From assembly GCA_019746425.1 (NCBI GenBank), contig JAIERY010000185.1, forward strand, positions 1-41,590: a stretch of DNA of 41,590 nucleotides, written 5' to 3'. The translations under genes were made by a program, and so were the position numbers. A model generated the notes under the pieces. That model saw only the letters and a program-made list of their open reading frames with translations. It had not been told where the DNA came from and did not search any database. Source of the DNA: Cytophagaceae bacterium. Lineage in GTDB: Bacteria > Bacteroidota > Bacteroidia > Cytophagales > Cytophagaceae. Shown in pieces: positions 36,860-41,590 of this stretch (its first letter is position 1; every line of letters starts with the position of its first letter).

Positions 36860-37591
36860 TTATTTTACTTTATGATCAAGAATGACTGAATTTTCTTTTT
36901 CGTAATTTTTATCTATGACTAAATTATCAATAGTTCTTATTCTGATTCTTAAAGTGGCGATCCATACTCCCAGCAATGAGAAGGCGATTACTGCAGGGTA
37001 AAATACCATTCTCATTCTTGCATCCAGATCATATGCATTGAATCCTGGATTGCCACCGTTGCCCGGATGTAACGAATCTACTAATCTTGGTAGTACAAAT
37101 ATCAATACTATAAATGTCGGATAGGCAAGAATGCTGAACACGGCGCTTACCCTTGCTCTTAACTGATCGTCTGAGAAAGAAGCTCTTAAAACCATGTAAC
37201 CAAAATAAATCAGTAAGCCTGCTACAGAAGCTTTCTGCTTGGGATCTCCGCTCCAGAACTTTCCCCATGTATATTCGGCCCACAGCATTCCGGTTATTAA
37301 TCCTAAAATTCCGAAGATGGCTCCCATATTGACCATCTCTGAGGCGATGATATCAAATCTGGATTTTGAATTTGACAAGTATCCAATGCTGGCCACGGCA
37401 GATATGGTAAGCATGATGATCATCCCAAACCACATGGGAACATGGAAGTAAAGATTGCGGATACTTTCATTCAGGATATCTCTTCTGGGTACTTCCATCA
37501 GCAATCCGCCTATCACGGTATAAAAAAGAAGCAGTATGGCGAGGATCTTCCACCAGTTCAGTACGCTTTTCTTTTTTAATTCAATATTCAT
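36860..37591 (-). CDS. ccmC: Heme exporter protein CcmC (CcsA/CcmC family)
   Basis: 243 aa, about 6 TM segments. W-rich motif WGKFWSGDPKQ. Conserved His in HVPMWF. Confidence 0.8.
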   Translation of the reverse strand: MNIELKKKSVLNWWKILAILLLFYTVIGGLLMEVPRRDILNESIRNLYFHVPMWFGMIIMLTISAVASIGYLSNSKSRFDIIASEMVNMGAIFGILGLITGMLWAEYTWGKFWSGDPKQKASVAGLLIYFGYMVLRASFSDDQLRARVSAVFSILAYPTFIVLIFVLPRLVDSLHPGNGGNPGFNAYDLDARMRMVFYPAVIAFSLLGVWIATLRIRIRTIDNLVIDKNYEKENSVILDHKVK

Positions 37592-37623
37592 AATCTATTC
37601 AACATTCAGCATTCATAATTGAA

Positions 37624-38289
37624 TTAGCTTCGCCAAAGGTAAGGAAATAATAAATATGATAAGGCTCCCAGCATTACGTTAATTGACACCAGGATTAATA
37701 CATCTTTTGAACTCACCGACCATGCAAGTCCGTCAATGGCATTTTTTGAAATTTTGATCAAAAGCAGCAGCATTGGTATAATGACCGGAAAACTCAGAAT
37801 CGCCATTAAAGTACTGCTGTTATTCCCTTTGGAGGCAATACCTGATATCATTGTTAAGGTGGTAGAAAATCCAATGGCACCTAACAAAATATTTATCAGA
37901 AATAACTCTTTGTCCTGTACAGGATTTCCTAATACCACTGAATACATTCCAAAACCCATTAACGCAAGTATGGACATGATAATAGCATTATATACAATTT
38001 TAGAAAGTATGATTCCCTGCGGACTTGCTACAGAGTAATAATAAATATGCCTGGCGGCCCTCTCCTGCATAAAGCTTTTCGCCACTGCATTCACGGAAGT
38101 GAAAAGCAGGATAATCCAGAACAGCGCATTCCAGGTAGAAGCAAATAATTTGCTATTGCCAAAACTCAGGTAACAAATGAAAACGGTCGAGGCGAGGTAA
38201 AGCAAAATCCCATTGATGGCATATTTCTGCCTCCATTCCAGCAGGAATTCCTTTTGTATCAAAGCCAATGTTTCTTTTGCCAGTTCCAT
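37624..38289 (-). CDS. ccmB: Heme exporter permease CcmB
   Basis: 221 aa, 6 TM segments. N-terminal LIQKEFLLEWRQKYA pattern typical of CcmB. First gene of the ccm unit. Confidence 0.72.
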   Translation of the reverse strand: MELAKETLALIQKEFLLEWRQKYAINGILLYLASTVFICYLSFGNSKLFASTWNALFWIILLFTSVNAVAKSFMQERAARHIYYYSVASPQGIILSKIVYNAIIMSILALMGFGMYSVVLGNPVQDKELFLINILLGAIGFSTTLTMISGIASKGNNSSTLMAILSFPVIIPMLLLLIKISKNAIDGLAWSVSSKDVLILVSINVMLGALSYLLFPYLWRS

Positions 38290-38296
38290 GGAGTGG

Positions 38297-38304
38297 CAAA
38301 TTTA
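38297..38304 (-). promoter_or_regulatory. Candidate -7 box (TAAATTTG on minus strand) only 8 nt upstream of the ccmB ATG
   Basis: Exact TAnnTTTG match. The spacing implies a leaderless or near-leaderless transcript if it is used. Confidence 0.3.
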
Positions 38305-38394
38305 GGATAGAAAAACGGGATTTTTATAAGGATGAAGGATTTTAGGGGATTTTGAATAAAATATTTATCCTGGTAATAAGAATGGTCAGTATTC

Positions 38395-38458
38395 AAACCC
38401 GCAAGGATTTAAATCTATTTAGAAAGAACTTATTCTATTATTGAATCTTTGCGGGTTT
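38395..38458 (-). terminator. Long-loop hairpin downstream of the 128-aa lipoprotein gene
   Basis: AAACCCGCAAGGATT / AATCTTTGCGGGTTT, a 15-bp stem with 1 mismatch and a loop of about 34 nt. Confidence 0.4.
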
Positions 38459-38484
38459 AAGTTTCAAGGCTCTCAGGTATAACC

Positions 38485-38871
38485 TTATTCCTTATATAAA
38501 ACCCCCAATGTAGTATGGCTATTGTATTTTAAAATTGTGTCGGTTTCGAAGGAGTAATTCCAGGTATTGGCATATTTTTCCTGTGAAATAATATTGCCGG
38601 TATATTTTTCTCTATAACCTTTCTGGTTGAAAGTGATATTATCACGTTTCCTGTCAAGCGTATAGGTTCCAAAAACGCTATCTACCAATACGCTGTCCTG
38701 GCCGGCTCCGGCCCTCAGGTAATTGACAGCATAGGTATAATCGCCTTTAAAAGTATACCTGACATTAAAATCCGACCATTTTCCCAGCAGTTTGGGGTCA
38801 ATAGAATAATCTTTTTTGCAGGCAATTGCCAGCGTAAACAGGGTCAGAATAAGAATACATTTTTTCATCAT
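38485..38871 (-). CDS. Hypothetical lipoprotein
   Basis: 128 aa with lipobox LAIAC. Start lies 1 nt after the stop of the upstream ORF. Confidence 0.55.
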   Translation of the reverse strand: MMKKCILILTLFTLAIACKKDYSIDPKLLGKWSDFNVRYTFKGDYTYAVNYLRAGAGQDSVLVDSVFGTYTLDRKRDNITFNQKGYREKYTGNIISQEKYANTWNYSFETDTILKYNSHTTLGVLYKE

Positions 38872-38872
38872 G

Positions 38873-39529
38873 TCAGAATTTATACCCCAAAGCAGGGAAA
38901 ACGTAAGCCGAAATAAATGGTTTTCCTTCAGAATCGAAATTGCCCTGCACTCCCAGCATAAAATTGGCTGTGATATGATCTCCCAGCATATTGATATGGT
39001 ATCCTCCGGAAAGCCCGAAACTAAAAGGATTTGGCTTTTTGATCTCTTCCAAAGGATTCAAATTACTGAATTTTTTCCAGTTATCATTTATGCTGTAGGG
39101 TTTGGTCGTTCCATCGAAATAGACAATCTGACTGAAGGCAACGTTGCTTTGCAGGTAAAATCCATCAGGTGCGCTGCCCTTCAGATAGTATTTGCAAGCC
39201 AGTTCTACTCTGATTCCATCTTCCAGGAAGCTCTCACTCTTAATTTTCATATTGGCTTTTTTGCCATCCATACGACCAAGTTTGCCAAAAAAGCCTGTAT
39301 TCAGGGAAAGTCTTTTGCTGAGAGGCAATTCTAATTCTATGCCTATGGTTTTCCAGAATATCGCTGGTGATATTTTTATGTTAAAGCCTGCAAAGCTCGC
39401 CTGTGTTTTATAATAGTTATGAGAATAATATGAAGCACGCGGATATCCGGTCTCTTTTCCGGCTATCAGAGGGCAGGAAAAAGTAATAATGAATAAAAAT
39501 AAAAGCAGGACTTGTCTCAACGATGTCAA
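38873..39529 (-). CDS. Hypothetical outer-membrane beta-barrel-like protein
   Basis: 218 aa with a TTG start and a signal peptide. Alternating hydrophobic beta-strand pattern and C-terminal ...ALGYKF (terminal Phe typical of OMPs). Confidence 0.5.
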   Translation of the reverse strand: MTSLRQVLLLFLFIITFSCPLIAGKETGYPRASYYSHNYYKTQASFAGFNIKISPAIFWKTIGIELELPLSKRLSLNTGFFGKLGRMDGKKANMKIKSESFLEDGIRVELACKYYLKGSAPDGFYLQSNVAFSQIVYFDGTTKPYSINDNWKKFSNLNPLEEIKKPNPFSFGLSGGYHINMLGDHITANFMLGVQGNFDSEGKPFISAYVFPALGYKF

Positions 39530-39634
39530 AAAAATAAAGTCCTAATTTAATAATTATCCCAGATTTGGAAAACTAAGCATGCATCAACCTTTCAAAAATC
39601 ATTTATAAAAATCCCTTTTTACTTATAAGCTTTA

Positions 39635-39642
39635 TATCTTTG
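39635..39642 (+). promoter_or_regulatory. Candidate -7 box TATCTTTG immediately upstream of pheS
   Basis: Exact TAnnTTTG match ending 5 nt before the ATG at 39648. This argues against the GTG at 39642 as the start. Confidence 0.35.
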
Positions 39643-39647
39643 TGCCT

Positions 39648-40673
39648 ATGCTAGATAAAATAAAAGAGATTTATAAGGAAGTTGAAGAGTTCAAGGTAGA
39701 TAACAAGGAACATCTTGAGCAGTTTCGTTTGTCCTTTGTAAGCCGTAAAGGAAAGATCACCGAGTTGTTTGAAGAACTGAAGCAGGTAGCGCAGGAAGAG
39801 AAAAAGGCGATGGGGCAGGAGCTGAATAAGCTCAAGAATAAAGCAGAGGAAAAATTTAAAGAGCTAAATGAGCATTTTGAAAATCAGAAATCGTCTTCCG
39901 TAAATACAGGTATTGATGTTACACTGCCGTCTGTGCCCAATGAATTAGGTTCAAGACATCCTTTAAGTATAGTCAGAGAGAAGATCGTGAGAGTGTTTGA
40001 GAGAATGGGATTTAATCTTTCCGAAGGGCCGGAGATAGAAGATGACTGGCATAATTTTACCGCACTTAATTTTCCTGAGAATCACCCTGCCAGAGAAATG
40101 CAGGACACTTTTTTCATTGAGAAAAATCCTGATATCGCTTTGCGTACACATACATCCTCTGTGCAGGTACGTGTGATGGAAAATCAAAAGCCTCCGATAA
40201 GGACTTTGTCGCCGGGAAGAGTTTTCAGAAACGAAGCAATATCTGCGCGTGCGCATTGTGTGTTTCACCAGGTAGAAGGATTGTATATAGATGAGAACGT
40301 AAGCTTCGCGGATCTGAAGCAAACGCTTTATCATTTTGCGAAAGAGATGTTTGGTAAGGACACCAAGATAAGATTCAGACCATCTTTCTTCCCATTCACC
40401 GAGCCAAGCGCGGAGATTGATATCACCTGCCTGATATGCAAAGGGCAGGGATGCAATATCTGTAAATACAGCGGCTGGGTGGAAATCGGCGGTGCGGGTA
40501 TGGTAGATCCGAATGTATTGGAGAATTGTAAAATAGATTCTAAAAAATATACAGGCTTCGCATTCGGAATGGGAATAGAAAGAATTACTATGCTGAAGTA
40601 CGGAATAAAAGACCTGAGATTATTTACGGAAAATGATGTGAGGTTTTTGAGGCAGTTTACATCACTGGGTTAA
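39648..40673 (+). CDS. pheS: Phenylalanine--tRNA ligase alpha subunit
   Basis: Class II motifs: FRPSFFPFTEPS and GFAFGMGIERITMLKYGI. The ORF track starts at GTG 39642; ATG 39648 (MLDKIKE...) is preferred. Confidence 0.95.
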   Translation: MLDKIKEIYKEVEEFKVDNKEHLEQFRLSFVSRKGKITELFEELKQVAQEEKKAMGQELNKLKNKAEEKFKELNEHFENQKSSSVNTGIDVTLPSVPNELGSRHPLSIVREKIVRVFERMGFNLSEGPEIEDDWHNFTALNFPENHPAREMQDTFFIEKNPDIALRTHTSSVQVRVMENQKPPIRTLSPGRVFRNEAISARAHCVFHQVEGLYIDENVSFADLKQTLYHFAKEMFGKDTKIRFRPSFFPFTEPSAEIDITCLICKGQGCNICKYSGWVEIGGAGMVDPNVLENCKIDSKKYTGFAFGMGIERITMLKYGIKDLRLFTENDVRFLRQFTSLG

Positions 40674-40988
40674 AAGTTTTAAAGTTGGAGGGTTGAAAAG
40701 TTAGAAGGCTTAAATAATTATTTTATAGTTAATCCTCTTGTGCGAACGATAATTAAAAAACAAAAAACTGGCGCGATACGTCCTGGTTGGTGCTGGCAAC
40801 GAATAAAGTGTGAATATTCTGTTTTAATCAAAATATTTGCTGATGAAAACCTGATTATCAATAGGGCGCATAGGCCGGCGGGGGTCTCATGGAGATTGAT
40901 TCTGGATATATTCTGAAGATAAAAAGACCACATAATTTATGGTATGCTTTTTGTCTTTATAATATTAAATTAAACAAGTGAAAAATTT

Positions 40989-41297
40989 ATGAAAAAAACT
41001 ATCATAATGCTAAGCTTTATAATATTCATAGTGTTTGTTCATAAAGCAAATGCCCAGGTTCATGTAGATGTGAATGTGAATCCTCACCCGGTTTATGTAG
41101 AGCCTCATGCTCCGGTATATGTAAATCCTCATCCGGTTTATGTTGTACCCCAACATAATCTCTACGTTGCTCCGCAACATGGTGTATATGTGGCTCCTCA
41201 TTCGGTGTATGTAAACCATCATAATAACAATCCATATTCCGGCGGAGGTCATGGAAACAACTATTCGATAAACAGGAAGCATCGGATAGGGCATTAA
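40989..41297 (+). CDS. Small secreted His/Pro/Tyr/Val-rich repeat protein
   Basis: 102 aa. Signal peptide MKKTIIMLSFIIFIVFVHKANAQ. Six to seven 7-8-aa repeats xP(H/Q)xxVYV (NPHPVYV, EPHAPVYV, NPHPVYV, VPQHNLYV, APQHGVYV, APHSVYV). Gly/His/Asn-rich tail. Confidence 0.6.
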   Translation: MKKTIIMLSFIIFIVFVHKANAQVHVDVNVNPHPVYVEPHAPVYVNPHPVYVVPQHNLYVAPQHGVYVAPHSVYVNHHNNNPYSGGGHGNNYSINRKHRIGH

Positions 41298-41590
41298 TAA
41301 TAACTGAGGATTTGCCTGGCTAATCTAAAATAATTTTTGAAGAAGGAATAAGAAGCCGGTAGCGGTGACTTGTTTCTTCTTTTTTTTTCTCCCTTGCAGG
41401 CGGAGACACCTGCAAGACGGGCTATCTGTTAAAATAATCCATATAGTGAGTCAGAAACCCAAATGTATCTTTGCCATTTTCGCCGAGGTTGGTAGGTTCG
41501 TTGGTTGTGCCAGCGATTTCTATGGATTAAGCAAGCTCATGTGTATAAATTTTTTCATATTTTCTATTTTCTTTAACACATGCAAAAATT

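Noticed and set aside
38816-39334. 172-aa plus-strand ORF overlapping the OMP-like and lipoprotein genes
   Set aside because: The minus-strand ORFs have signal peptide or lipobox features, a C-terminal Phe and tight coupling. The plus-strand translation has no recognisable features.
40838-40878. TPP-riboswitch-like fragment (GCTGATGAAAACCTGATTATCAATAGGGCGCATAGG)
   Set aside because: It only loosely resembles CUGAGA...ACCUGAUCUGGAUAAUGCCAGCGUAGGGA. The conserved CUGAGA and the pyrophosphate-helix sequence are not intact, and the downstream gene is unrelated to thiamine.
40718-40933. 71-aa minus-strand ORF in the pheS-downstream spacer
   Set aside because: It has no start context, signal or motif, an odd composition (Cys/Arg/Ile-rich), and overlaps the GC-rich island. 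It is treated as non-coding pending a search.
41010-41294. Minus-strand ORFs (94 and 69 aa) antisense to the small repeat-protein gene
   Set aside because: They stay open because of the codon periodicity of the repeat. Only the plus-strand product has a canonical signal peptide.
41423-41527. 34-codon minus-strand frame ending ...GENGKDTFGFLTHYMDYFNR* that looks like a protein C-terminus
   Set aside because: An in-frame TAA lies immediately upstream and there is no start codon. It is too short to distinguish a gene relic from chance.
1-41590. tRNA, rRNA and tmRNA genes
   Set aside because: No T-loop GGTTCGAATCC-like cloverleaf candidates or rRNA-like segments were seen in any spacer. The closest string (GGTAGGTTCGTTGG at about 41490) lacks acceptor and anticodon arms.

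Overview
This is a 41.6-kb AT-rich chromosomal segment that reads as Bacteroidota. The signs are two proteins with T9SS C-terminal sorting domains, a PorZ-like double-propeller protein, rpsU-xerC-hpf synteny, TAnnTTTG -7 boxes and tightly coupled operons. About 40 genes are present and almost all are housekeeping. They are: hpf, xerC and rpsU; an acyl-CoA dehydrogenase; a seven-gene nucleotide-sugar precursor block (ugd, UDP-xylose synthase, TviB/WbpO-like dehydrogenase, galE, rfbB, TviC/WbpP-like epimerase, rfbA); chrA; recO; the rod-shape cluster rodA-mrdA-mreD-mreC-mreB; purH and purN; a UbiA prenyltransferase; a chromosomal class D (OXA-like) beta-lactamase; kdsC; a DUF2520 Rossmann protein; a System I cytochrome c maturation operon ccmBCDEF; and pheS. 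The only stretch that looks non-core is 16.7-22.3 kb. It holds an unrecognisable 337-aa protein, then a 1149-aa secreted protein (DUF5060-like, GH5-like, six Trp-rich propeller blades, T9SS CTD) whose blades are encoded by a near-identical 3 x 306 bp tandem repeat. A cytoplasmic SAM methyltransferase follows, starting 1 nt after that gene's stop. Other points worth a second look: CcmE carries a CxxxY rather than HxxxY heme site, in a ccm cluster with no ccmA, ccmG or ccmH. A roughly 31-bp-stem hairpin sits inside the annotated 5' end of the beta-lactamase ORF. Intergenic hairpins recur that are built from a few low-complexity words. A small secreted His/Pro/Tyr/Val heptad-repeat protein lies next to a GC-rich non-coding island near the right edge. 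I saw no tRNA, rRNA, CRISPR array or clear complete mobile element. All functional calls rest on motif and family recognition by eye; no search was run. I cannot point to a defined, multi-gene novel system with confidence, and the 16.7-22.3 kb insert is the best candidate.
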